DNA of 64,000 nt. Origin: an uncultured Pseudomonadota bacterium (GTDB taxonomy: Bacteria; Pseudomonadota; Alphaproteobacteria; JACZXZ01). Under the pieces are notes generated by a model, which saw nothing but the letters and a program-made list of their open reading frames with translations, was not told the DNA's origin and did no database searches. The position numbers and the translations under genes were made by a program. The stretch is taken from contig CAVVLJ010000021.1 in NCBI GenBank assembly GCA_963749075.1, positions 64,001 to 128,000 of the forward strand. Direction: 5' to 3'. How positions within the stretch are numbered: the stretch's first letter is position 1; the number at the start of each line of letters is the position of its first letter. Shown here in pieces: positions 41,598 to 52,883 of the stretch.

Positions 41598-41634
41598 GAA
41601 AGGGAACCAACAAGATCGCGTCGGTCAATCCAAA

Positions 41635-41679
41635 GTTATCCACAAGAACTAGCGGTTTGTTAATATTTCTGTGGATAAC
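41635..41679. promoter_or_regulatory. Inverted pair of consensus DnaA boxes
   Basis: TTATCCACA 41636-41644 and TGTGGATAA 41670-41678. Confidence 0.75.
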
Positions 41680-41698
41680 CTTCGTCGATCAAGCGCCG

Positions 41699-41938
41699 GT
41701 CATCACCAACAACTCGGTCGAGGCGACGGTGCGCATGGCGGGCAACCTCGGTTTCGCCACCTATGTCGTCGCCGACGGCTGCTTCACGGTGGACAAGCGC
41801 GATCTTTCAGGCGAGCTCCATCCCGCCGAGCGCGTCCACGCGCTCTCGCTTGCCAACATGCAGGGCGAATATGCCCAAGTGGTAGAGAGCCGCGAGCTCC
41901 TCGCGGCCCTCGCCCGCACGCCCGGCAGCTCGTCCTGA
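41699..41938 (+). pseudogene. Isochorismatase/cysteine hydrolase, 3' half
   Basis: VITNNSVEATVRMAGNLGF..YVVADGCFT...HALSLANMQGEYA. Confidence 0.9.
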
Positions 41939-41942
41939 GCGA

Positions 41943-41961
41943 TAGTGCAACAGTTGCACTA
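41943..41961. promoter_or_regulatory. Palindromic operator upstream of DUF4160 gene
   Basis: TAGTGCAAC-A-GTTGCACTA. Confidence 0.65.
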
Positions 41962-41972
41962 GGGCGAGACTT

Positions 41973-42200
41973 ATGGTAGCGCTCCACCGTGACGCCGATC
42001 GGAAAATTGCCGTCTACGGGCGCGAGCATGGCGTGCCCCATTTCCACGTGGAGGGCCGCGGATTTCGCTGCTCTATCATCATCGGAACGGAAGAGCCGAT
42101 CATCGGGACAGCTCCCCGCGCGATCTTGAAAGCGGCTTGCGCTTGGGCGCGGGAGAATCGCCAAATGCTGATGGCGAAATGGCAGGAGCTGAATTCATGA
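41973..42200 (+). CDS. DUF4160 family protein (putative toxin)
   Basis: EH..PHFHV, WAREN...L...WQ. Confidence 0.82.
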   Translation: MVALHRDADRKIAVYGREHGVPHFHVEGRGFRCSIIIGTEEPIIGTAPRAILKAACAWARENRQMLMAKWQELNS

Positions 42201-42637
42201 GTGCCGAAGACAAGCTCCGCACGATCGCGGCGGTGAAAGCCAAAGCTCCCGCGGCGATCGCGGTCAAATGGTCCGACGGCACGCGTGCCGATCTCGACCT
42301 CGGCGCGCTGCTCAGCAAAAAAGCCTACAGCGCTTTGCGCGATCGAGCCGAATTCGCGCGCGTTCGCGTGGGCGAATGGGGTCACTCCGTCGAATGGCCG
42401 TCCGGAGCAGAGCTCGGCGCGGAGACGCTCTGGCTGGAGACCTTGTCGGCCACCGGCCGCGCGGATGCGCGAAGCTTCCTCGAATGGCGCCTGAGGCACG
42501 GCCTGTCTTTGAGCAAGACCGCAGAGGCATTGGGCCTTTCCCGGCGGATGGTTGCCTACTACTCGAACGGGGAGAAGCCCGTGCCGCGCCCGATTTTGCT
42601 CGCCTGCAAGGGCTGGGAAGTCAGTCACGCGGCATAG
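42197..42637 (+). CDS. DUF2442 plus HTH protein (putative antitoxin)
   Basis: V.WSDG, F..V.V..WG.SVEW..G.EL; C-terminal HTH (GLSL..TAEALGLSRR.V.YY..G). Confidence 0.82.
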   Translation: MSAEDKLRTIAAVKAKAPAAIAVKWSDGTRADLDLGALLSKKAYSALRDRAEFARVRVGEWGHSVEWPSGAELGAETLWLETLSATGRADARSFLEWRLRHGLSLSKTAEALGLSRRMVAYYSNGEKPVPRPILLACKGWEVSHAA

Positions 42638-42657
42638 CGCCGAACGGTCGGCCTCGC

Positions 42658-43464
42658 TCAAAAGCCCAGCACGTCGCGCATGCCGTAGAGGCCGGGCGGC
42701 CTGCCCCGGGCCCAGAGGGCCGCGCGCACGGCACCCTGGGCGTAGATCTCGCGGCTCGCGGCGCGGTGGGTGAGCTCGAGCCGCTCGCCGGTGCCGGCGA
42801 AGACGACGCTGTGGTCGCCCACCACGTCGCCGCCGCGCAAGGCCGCGAAGCCGATGGCGCCCGCCGGGCGCGGACCCGTGTGGCCGTGGCGCGCAGGTAC
42901 TGCGACCGCATCGAGCTCGACGCCGCGGCCCTTGGCGGCGGCACGGCCGAGGCCGAGCGCGGTTCCCGAGGGCGCATCCACCTTGTGGCGGTGGTGCATC
43001 TCCACGATCTCGATATCGTAGCGCTCGTCGAGCGTCGCCGCCACGCGCTCGACGAGGGCCAAGAGGAGGTTGACGCCGACGCTCATGTTGGGCGCCAGCA
43101 CGATGGGCGCCTTGGCAGCCGCCCGGCGGATGGCGGCCTCGTCCTCGGCGCCGATGCCGGTGGTGCCGATGACGTGCACGGTGCCGCGCGCCGCGGCGAG
43201 CCCGGCGTGCTGCACGCTCGCCTGGGGCGCCGTGAAATCGAGCACCGCATCGACGCTTGCGAAGAGTGCCGCCGGGTCGTCGCCCACCGCCAAGCCGAGG
43301 GTGCCCAAGCCGGCGAGCTCGCCGAGATCGCGCCCGAGTGCTGCATGGCCCGGCACCTCGCTGCCGCCCGCGAGCCTGCAGCCCTTGGTGCGCGCCACCT
43401 CCGCCGCCAACGTCTGCCCCATGCGGCCCGCGCAACCGACGATGCCGATCCGCACCTCCGCCAT
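42658..43464 (-). CDS. dapB: 4-hydroxy-tetrahydrodipicolinate reductase
   Basis: G.AGRMG, DFT, IGTTG, EMHHRHKVDAPSGTA. Confidence 0.96.
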   Translation of the reverse strand: MAEVRIGIVGCAGRMGQTLAAEVARTKGCRLAGGSEVPGHAALGRDLGELAGLGTLGLAVGDDPAALFASVDAVLDFTAPQASVQHAGLAAARGTVHVIGTTGIGAEDEAAIRRAAAKAPIVLAPNMSVGVNLLLALVERVAATLDERYDIEIVEMHHRHKVDAPSGTALGLGRAAAKGRGVELDAVAVPARHGHTGPRPAGAIGFAALRGGDVVGDHSVVFAGTGERLELTHRAASREIYAQGAVRAALWARGRPPGLYGMRDVLGF

Positions 43465-43570
43465 GTCCGCTTCCTCCCCCGCTTTGACGGCCACGATAGC
43501 ACCGGGCCGCGCACCCGGACGAGCAAATCCGCCTCCCGGCGGAGGGCTGCGGCAAGAAATTCCGCCGACG

Positions 43571-45797
43571 CTATTGCCGCGCGACCGAGACCTTGCAGTT
43601 CCGCGCGTAAGGGCTTCGCCCCGGCCGCGGGATGCTCTCCGTCCCGCTCAGCTCGATGCGGCCGTCCCTGAGCTTGCCCTGATAGGCGGAATCGAAATGC
43701 CAATCGGGCCCCTGCGCGCCGCCCGTGAGGCTCATGGTGCCGTCCGCGGCGAGGCTGCCACTCGCCGTCTCCTTGCCCCTGATGCTGCTGCCGTCCAGGG
43801 TGAGGACCGAGCGCGAGAAGTCCGCGCGCGCGCCGCTCACCACCACGACCGCCTCGACGCTGACGGGGCCCATGGTGGAGTTGGGGATCTGCTCGCAGGT
43901 GATGCGGCCGACGTAGCGGCCATCGTTGGGCCCGGATTTGCCCGGCCCCGCCGCGGGTGCCGCAGCGGCACTCGGTGCCGAGGCGACCTTCTCGGGGGCC
44001 TGCGAGCTCTCTCTCTGCTTTTCGGCCTCGCGCTCGCGCTGCTCCTTCTCCTTGCGCGCCTGGAAGGCCGCGGGCTCCTCGAGCGCGATTGAAGCCACAT
44101 AGGCAAGCGTGCCGCCCTTGAGCTGGACGCCGTACCAGCCGCCCGACTTCAGCTTGCCGGCGACATGCACCGTCTCCCCCTCCTTGAGGCGGCCCACCTG
44201 CTTCGCCCTGATGTCGGGTGCCTCGCGCAAGGGGGCGGTATGCCCGGCGATCATGTCCGCGTCGAGCACCTCGAGCGCCGGCACGTTTTTGACCGCCGTC
44301 TGCGCCTCCTGCAGTGCGGCAAGGCGGGCGCGCGCGGCAGGTGCGAATTCGGCGTTCGGATAGCGCTCGACATAGGCCGCGAAGTCGGCGGCGCTCTTGC
44401 TGTCCTTGAGCGCCTCCCAGGCCGCGGCAGCCGCCTCTGCCTCCTTGAGCGCCGCCAGGCGGGCGCGCGCGGCAGGCGCGAACTCGCTCGTCCGGGTAGC
44501 GCTTGAGATAGGCATCGAGATCGGCCGTGCTCTTGCTTTGCTTGAGGGCGTCCCAGGCCGTTGCCGCGGCCTCGGCCTCCCTCAAGGCGGCAAGGCGCGC
44601 GTGCGCGGCGGGTGCCGACTCGGCTTGCGGGTAGCGCTGCAGATAGGCCTTGAGATCGGCCAGGCTCTTGGTGTCCTTGATCGCCGACCAGGCTGCCGCT
44701 GCCGCCTGAGCCTCCTTGAGCGCGGCGAGACGCTCGCGCGCGGCGGAGGCGAACTCGCCCTTCGGATAGCGCTCGAGATAGGCCTCGAGATCGGCCGTGC
44801 TCTTGCTGTCCTTGAGCGCATCCCAGGCCGCGGCGGCGGCCGCGGCCTCCTTGAGTGCAGCTATGCGCGCGGCGGCGGCGGCGGCGAATTCGGAGTTGGG
44901 ATGGGCCGCAAGATAGGCCGCGAGTGCCGCCTGGTCGTTGCTCTCCTTGAGCGGCTCCCAGGCCGCGGCCTCGGCCGCGGCCTCCCTGAGGGCGTCGAGC
45001 CGGCTGCGCGCGACCGCGGCAAAGTCGCCCTTCGGATATTTCTGCAGATAGGCCTCGAGCTCGACGGTCTTCTTGCTGTCCTTGATCGAATCCCAGAAGG
45101 CGATCTCGACCTGATGGTCGCGGGCGGCATTTGCCGCGACATCGCCGGCGGGCGAGCTGGCGGGAGCCGGGCTCGCCTCGCCGCCGGCGCGTCCGCTACC
45201 GCCGGCGAGGCTCGTGGGCGGCGCACGCACCTCCTCCTTGCCGCCATGGAAGAGGAGAAAGGCGATGCCGGCCGCGGCAATCGCGGCGGCAAGCCCGGCC
45301 AGCGCCAGGAGCTTGCGCCGCGGCAGGCCTGCCGCCCGGCCGGGCGTCTCCGGATGGGCCGCGGCGCGAGACGGCGGTTCCGCCACCTCCGCGGCTCCCG
45401 TTCCGGCCGCGACCTTCTCGACGAGGTCGGCCACGAGCTTGGCGCAGCCGCCGGAGGCACTGCGACCGTCCCACGAGGAGAGGTCGACCGTATGGACGTG
45501 GAGGAAACGCAAGGGGGGAGCCGCGTGGTCGAAGCGCACCGGCACCAGCTTGCTCTTCTCGAGCGCGTAGCCGGCCTCGGCGCGCACCCAGGACGAATCG
45601 ACGGAGTGCTGCGACCAGGCGACGATGACGACCTTGGCGTCGGCGATGGCCTTCTCGATGACGAGATCGAAGGAATCGCCCGACTTGATCCGCCGGTCCC
45701 ACCACACGGAGAGGCCGGCGCCCTCGAGCACCGCCGCCAGCGCCTCGACCCTGTCCTGGTCCTGCCTCGAGTAGCTGATGAAGAGGTCGCTCGCCAT
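43571..45797 (-). CDS. TIR-domain membrane protein with six ~45-aa repeats and an SH3-like domain; frameshift near 44490
   Basis: LFISYSR.D...VWWD..I..G...W...S..S.WV..EA; one TM; AW..LKDS...L.AYL..YP...FA..A..RL repeats; GWY.V..G...YV. Confidence 0.8.
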
Positions 45798-45925
45798 TCC
45801 CCCGGCCTCGCTCCGCCGCTCCCCCGGGCGGCATTTTGGGGCCTCTCGCACGCGTCTTTCGAGCTGCAATGCTATCGTGCTGAAATGGCTAAGACAACCG
45901 GAGGAGCGGCCGCAGGGGGCCGCCG

Positions 45926-46639
45926 TCAAGCGGCGGCGAAGAGCCTGGCAATGCGCGCCTGAATGGCCGCCGCCGCCTCATGCGGATCGCGGGCCGCCCG
46001 GATGGGCCGGCCGACCACGATGTAATCGGCGCCCTTGCGGAAGGCCTCCTCCACGTCGACCGTGCGCTTCTGGTCGTCGCTGTTGGCGACCGGACGGATG
46101 CCGGGAACCACGACGAGGAAGTGCGGCCCGAGCTCGGCGCGGAGCCGCTCGGCCTCGAGGCCCGAGGAGATGACGCCGTCGCAGCCGATGGCAAGCGCCC
46201 GCTTGGCCCGCGAGAGCACGAGGGCCGCGGCATCGACCGTGAAGCCGAGCGCCTCGAGATCGCCGTTGTCGAGGCTGGTGAGCACCGTGACGGCGAGGAT
46301 CTTGACCCCGCCCTTCTCGGCGCAGGCGGCGCGCAGGATCTCGTCGTTGCCGTGCACGGTGGCGAATTCCGCGGGATGTCCGCGGAGCTGGCGGACGGCA
46401 GAGGCGACCGTATTGGGTACGTCGAAGAACTTGAGATCGACGAAGCACTTCTTGCCGCGCCCGGCGAGCCAATCGATGAGCTCGAAATAGCCCCCGGCCA
46501 TGAAGATCTCGAGGCCGAGCTTATAGAAGACGACCTCATCGCCGAGCGCCTCGACGAGGCGCTTGGCCTCGGCCACGCTCGCCACGTCGAGGGCGAAGAT
46601 GAGCCGCTCGCTCGCCGGTATGGGCTTTTCGGAGAGCAT
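45926..46639 (-). CDS. pyrF: Orotidine-5'-phosphate decarboxylase
   Basis: IFALD, DLKFFDVPNT, VTVLTS, PGIRP, VVGRPI. Confidence 0.96.
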   Translation of the reverse strand: MLSEKPIPASERLIFALDVASVAEAKRLVEALGDEVVFYKLGLEIFMAGGYFELIDWLAGRGKKCFVDLKFFDVPNTVASAVRQLRGHPAEFATVHGNDEILRAACAEKGGVKILAVTVLTSLDNGDLEALGFTVDAAALVLSRAKRALAIGCDGVISSGLEAERLRAELGPHFLVVVPGIRPVANSDDQKRTVDVEEAFRKGADYIVVGRPIRAARDPHEAAAAIQARIARLFAAA

Positions 46640-47779
46640 CTACTCGGTGAGATCGTCCCACAGCTCGCGCACCTTGGCGAAGAAGCCGGCGGACTGCGGG
46701 CTGTTGGGCTTGCCGCCGCCCTCCGCCTCGCCGAACTCGCGCAAGAGCTCGCGCTGGCGCTTGGAGAGATTGACCGGTGTCTCGATCACCGCCTCGATGT
46801 ACATGTCGCCGCGCTGGTGCGAGCGCAGGACCGACATGCCCTTGGCGCGCAGACGGAACTGGTTGCCGCTCTGGGTGCCGGCGGGCACGTTGACGCGGGC
46901 GCGCGAGCCGTCGACCGTCGGCACCTCGATGACGCCGCCGAGCGATGCCGTGGTCATCGGGATGGGCACGCGGCAGAAGATGTTGGCGCCGTCGCGCCGG
47001 AAGAGGAGATGCGGCTTGAGCGAGAGGAAGATGTAGAGATCGCCGGGCGGCGACCCGCGCATGCCCGCCTCGCCCTCGCCCGCGAGCCTGATGCGCGTGC
47101 CGTCCTCGACGCCGGGCGGGATCGAGACCGAGAGCGTCTTCTCGCGCGCCACCCGGCCGTTGCCGTGGCAAGTGCGGCAGGGATCGCGGATGACGCGGCC
47201 CGAGCCCTGGCAGGTCGGGCAGGTGCGCTCGATGGTGAAGAAGCCCTGCTGGGCGCGCACGCGGCCGTGGCCCTGGCAGGTCTGGCAGCTCGCCGGCTGG
47301 GCGCCGCCCTCACCGCCCGTGCCGTGGCAGACCTCGCACATGACCGAGCTCGGCACGCGCACCTTGGCCTGGCTGCCGCGGAAGGCCTCCTCGAGCGAGA
47401 TCTCGAGATTGTAGCGCAGGTCGGCACCCCGCGCGGCGCCGCTGCCGCGGCGGCGGTTGCCGGTGAACTCGCCGAACATCTCGTCGAAGATGTCGGCGAA
47501 GCCGGCGCCGAAGCCGAAGCCGTCCGGGCGGAAGCCGCCGGCGCCGCCGTTGGCCGCGAAGGCGGCATGGCCGTAGCGGTCATAGGCGGCGCGCTTCTGC
47601 TCGTCCTTGAGGACGTCGTAGGCCTCGTTCAGGTCCTTGAATTTCTGCTCGGCCAACTTGTCGGCCGGGTTGCGGTCAGGGTGATGTTGCATGGCGAGCT
47701 TGCGGTAGGACTTCTTGAGGTCCTCCGGGCTCGCCCCGCGGCCCACGCCCAGGGTCTCGTAGTAGTCTGCCTTGGCCAT
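46640..47779 (-). CDS. dnaJ: Chaperone DnaJ
   Basis: HPD, G/F region, four CxxCxGxG. Confidence 0.97.
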   Translation of the reverse strand: MAKADYYETLGVGRGASPEDLKKSYRKLAMQHHPDRNPADKLAEQKFKDLNEAYDVLKDEQKRAAYDRYGHAAFAANGGAGGFRPDGFGFGAGFADIFDEMFGEFTGNRRRGSGAARGADLRYNLEISLEEAFRGSQAKVRVPSSVMCEVCHGTGGEGGAQPASCQTCQGHGRVRAQQGFFTIERTCPTCQGSGRVIRDPCRTCHGNGRVAREKTLSVSIPPGVEDGTRIRLAGEGEAGMRGSPPGDLYIFLSLKPHLLFRRDGANIFCRVPIPMTTASLGGVIEVPTVDGSRARVNVPAGTQSGNQFRLRAKGMSVLRSHQRGDMYIEAVIETPVNLSKRQRELLREFGEAEGGGKPNSPQSAGFFAKVRELWDDLTE

Positions 47780-47869
47780 CGTCCTGGCATCCGGACATGG
47801 CGCCGCCCCGGTCCCGTCAAGGGCCCGGGGCGGTGCCGAGGTTCACCTCATTGCGGTCATGCGCGCCCT

Positions 47870-49831
<1,962 letters not shown>

Positions 49832-49943
49832 GATGTGTCCCACCTCTTACGGCGGGCCCGCCGGACCTGCAACAGCGCCCAGAGGGCCCCCTCAATATGT
49901 GCCGGTTAGAGCATTGCTTGCGCTCGGCTAACCCCGGGAACTC

Positions 49944-49972
49944 ATATAGGGAGCCGCAAGCGGCGCTACAAG
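49944..49972 (-). promoter_or_regulatory. RpoH (sigma-32) promoter of dnaK
   Basis: Minus strand CTTG-N17-CCCTATAT. Confidence 0.7.
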
Positions 49973-50129
49973 CCGGGGAGGGCGCCATCCCGCCTCTCTG
50001 ACCCCCTCCGGCACGCGGCAGCAAGGCTGGCGCAGTCCGGGCGGGAAGTCGAGGAGGAAATGGCGCTTCCGCGGCCCAGGGAGCCCGCCCGGCCGGGCCG
50101 CGGCAGCCGCCATGCTATAAGCTCCCCTC

Positions 50130-51011
50130 ATGATCGTCTCGGCAAGCTATCGGACCGACATCCCGGCCTTCTACGGCCGCTGGTTCATGGCGCGGCTGGC
50201 GGCCGGCTTCTGCCGCACGGTCAACCCCTACGGCGGCCAGCTCCTCGAGGTGCCGCTCGCCCGCGAGGCGGTCGACGGCTTCGTCTTCTGGACGCGCAAT
50301 CCGGGGCCGTTCCTGCCAGCGCTCGAGGCGCTCAGGGAGCAGGGCTTTCCCTTCGTCGTGCAGCTCACCATCACCGGCTATCCCAGGGCGCTCGACGCCG
50401 CGGTGATCGAGGCCGAGCGCGCGATTGCGCTCGCCCGCCGCCTCGCCCGGGCCTACGGCCCCAAGGCGGTGGTGTGGCGCTACGACCCGATCGTCGTCAC
50501 GAGCATCACGCCGCCGGCATGGCACCTGGCCAATTTCGCGGGGCTCGCGCGCGGCCTCGAAGGTGCTGTCGACGAGGTGGTGGTCTCCTTCGCGCAGATC
50601 TACCGCAAGACCCGGCGCAACCTCGATGCCGCGGCGAGGCGCCACGGTTTCGCTTGGCACGACCCCGCCGAGGAGGCCAAGCGCGCGCTCCTGGGCGAGC
50701 TCGTGCCTCGCGCCCGCGAGCAAGGCATGCGGCTCTCGCTCTGTACCCAGCCGGGGCTCCGCGCGGAGGGCAGCGAAGAGGCGCGCTGCATCGACGCGGA
50801 GCGGCTCGCCGCCATAGCGGGCAAGCCCATCGCGGCACGCACCAAGGGCAACCGCCCGGGCTGCCTCTGCGCCGCGAGCCGCGACATCGGCGCCTACGAG
50901 AGCTGCCCCCACGGCTGCGTCTATTGCTACGCGGTGGCCTCGCGCGCGCGGGCACGGGAGCGCCAGCGGGCGCATGATCCGGCAGGCGAGTTCCTGCTCG
51001 CGCCAGGGTGA
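50130..51011 (+). CDS. DUF1848 family protein
   Basis: MIVSAS.RTDIPAFY, VFWT.N, WRYDPI, DIG.Y..C.HGC.YCYA. Confidence 0.9.
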   Translation: MIVSASYRTDIPAFYGRWFMARLAAGFCRTVNPYGGQLLEVPLAREAVDGFVFWTRNPGPFLPALEALREQGFPFVVQLTITGYPRALDAAVIEAERAIALARRLARAYGPKAVVWRYDPIVVTSITPPAWHLANFAGLARGLEGAVDEVVVSFAQIYRKTRRNLDAAARRHGFAWHDPAEEAKRALLGELVPRAREQGMRLSLCTQPGLRAEGSEEARCIDAERLAAIAGKPIAARTKGNRPGCLCAASRDIGAYESCPHGCVYCYAVASRARARERQRAHDPAGEFLLAPG

Positions 51012-51015
51012 GGCC

Positions 51016-51650
51016 CTAGGTGCTGGTATCCGTGCTCTCGGCGGGTGCACCCGCCGCCGCGGCGGCGGGCGGCGCCTTGGCCACGCCGACCATGGCGGCG
51101 CGTAAGAGGCGGTCGTGGATGAGATAGCCGGGGACGAGCACCTGGACGACGGTGCCGGGGGGGCTTCCGCGGTCGCCACCTCGAAGAGGGCCTGGTGCAG
51201 GTTGTGGTCGAAGGGCCGGCCGAGCGCCTCGATGCGCGTAATGCCGTGGCGCTCGAGGATGGCGAGGAGCTCGCGCTCGACGAGCTCGACGCCCGAGGCC
51301 AGGCGCTCGAGGAGCGCGTCCGCCTGGCGTCCCTCGGGCGGGATGGCGTCGAGCGCTCTGCGCAGGTTGTCGGGTGCCGAGAGCAGCTCCTTGGCCAGAT
51401 TGGCGACCGCGTAGCGCGCCGTGTCCTCGACCTCCTTGCGCGCGCGCCGGCGCGTGTTCTCGGCCTCGGCGAGGGCGCGGAGGAGCTGGTCCCTGAGCTC
51501 GGCCACCTGCGCCTCGAGTGCGGCGATGCGCTCCTCGGGCCTCTCCTCGGGCCTCTCCTCGGGCCGCGGCTCGGCCGCGGCCTCCTCGGCCGCCGCGTCG
51601 GCGCCCTCGATGTCGTTCGTCTCCTCGTTCGCGTCCGGCATGGCGTCCAT
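51016..51650 (-). CDS. grpE: Nucleotide exchange factor GrpE; frameshift in the G7 run 51157-51163
   Basis: LRALAE.EN.RRR, DNL.RAL, FDHN.HQA; then GTVVQV...GY.IHDRLLR.AMV.V in another frame. Confidence 0.9.
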
Positions 51651-51672
51651 TCCTTGCGGTTCTCGGCTCGGC

Positions 51673-52725
51673 TCAGCCGAGCATGCGACCGATCACTTTG
51701 GCGGTGTAATCGACCATGGGGATGATGCGGGCGTAATTGATGCGGGTCGGACCGATCACGCCGATGGCGCCGAGTATCTTCTCGCGGCTGTTGCCGAAGG
51801 GCGCGATGATCAGCGAGCAGCCGGCATGGGCGAAGAGGTTGTTCTCGGCGCCGATGAAGATCTGCACGCCCTCGGCGGTGCCCGCCGCCTCGATGAGGCG
51901 CAGCAGGCTCTCCTTGGTGTCGAGCACGGCGAAGAGCTCGCGGATGCGCTCGAGGTCCTCGACCGCGCGCACGTCCTCGAGGAGGTTCGACTGGCCGCGC
52001 ACGATGAGGACGCCCGACGCCCCCTCGCCAGCCGGCACGGCGAGCCCGGCCTCGACCACCTTGCGGGTGAGCTCGTCGAGCTCGGCGCGCCGCGCCTCGA
52101 GCTCGTCGAGCACGACCTTGCGCGCCTCCTCGAGAGTGCGGCCGCCGAGCTTGCTGTTGAGGTAATTGCCGGCCTGCACGAGGGCCGATGCCGGCAGGCC
52201 CGCCGGCAGGTCGATGATGCGGTTCTCGACCAGGCCGTCCTCGCTCACCAGCACGACGAGCGCCCGGCTGCTGCCGAGATTGACGAACTCGACGTGCTTG
52301 AGCGGGCTCTCGATCTTGGGCGCCACCACGAGGCCGGCGCAGTGCGAGAGGCCCGAGAGCATCGCCGTCGCCTCCTCGAGCGCCTGGGGCAGGCTGCGCC
52401 CGGCCGCCTTGCACTGGCTCTCGATCTGCCGGCGCTCCTCCTCGCCGACGCCGCCGATCTCAAGCAGGCCGTGGACGAAGAGGCGCAAGCCCGCGTCGGT
52501 CGGCAGCCGCCCCGCCGAGGTGTGCGGCGCATAGACCAGGCCTGAGTCCGTGAGGTCCGCCATGACGTTGCGGATGGTCGCCGGCGACAGTGCTATGCCC
52601 TTCTGGCGCGAGAGGGTGCGCGAGCCGACCGGGTCGCCGGTCTCGAGATAGCCGTCGATGATGCGCCGCAGGATCTCGCGCGCGCGCTCGTTCAGCGGGA
52701 TGTCGCTCGTCGGGGTGGCGTTCAT
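51673..52725 (-). CDS. hrcA: Heat-inducible repressor HrcA
   Basis: PVGSRTL, SPATIRNVM, PHTSAGR.PT, GVIGPTR.NY. Confidence 0.96.
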   Translation of the reverse strand: MNATPTSDIPLNERAREILRRIIDGYLETGDPVGSRTLSRQKGIALSPATIRNVMADLTDSGLVYAPHTSAGRLPTDAGLRLFVHGLLEIGGVGEEERRQIESQCKAAGRSLPQALEEATAMLSGLSHCAGLVVAPKIESPLKHVEFVNLGSSRALVVLVSEDGLVENRIIDLPAGLPASALVQAGNYLNSKLGGRTLEEARKVVLDELEARRAELDELTRKVVEAGLAVPAGEGASGVLIVRGQSNLLEDVRAVEDLERIRELFAVLDTKESLLRLIEAAGTAEGVQIFIGAENNLFAHAGCSLIIAPFGNSREKILGAIGVIGPTRINYARIIPMVDYTAKVIGRMLG

Positions 52726-52883
52726 GTGGCGGTTTTGTCCAAAGCCGGCCTGAAATGTAGTGAGCGCCCCCCGGAGCGTCAACGCCGGCCGGCTACCGGT
52801 AGGCCGCCAGCGCCTTTGGCGGGGTGGACAGGGCCGCCCGCGCGACGATAGGTTATGCCCCCTTCCCCAAGCAGGATCCGCCC

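Larger units (their letters stand above)
39356..41698. mobile_element. 2,343-bp foreign insertion in the isochorismatase gene
   Basis: Removing it rejoins GCC GGC|GTC ATC ACC in frame (TLVVAG-VITNNS); visibly lower GC. Confidence 0.85.

Noticed and set aside
40999-41663. ORFs overlapping the structured region (40999-41466, 41328-41663, 41392-41652)
   Set aside because: No recognisable motifs; one runs through a terminator; RNA structure explains the sequence better
41635-41679. Chromosomal oriC
   Set aside because: Only two boxes, inside a foreign insert, about 1.4 kb from the AT tract, with no oriC-associated genes nearby
39349-41699. CGCCGG as a target-site duplication
   Set aside because: Collapsing it loses 2 bp and breaks the isochorismatase frame; the blunt join restores it
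49900-49935. CIRCE element upstream of dnaK
   Set aside because: Does not match TTAGCACTC-N9-GAGTGCTAA
51525-51560. 12-bp repeats (RPEE x3) in grpE
   Set aside because: Ordinary slippage in a disordered N-terminus
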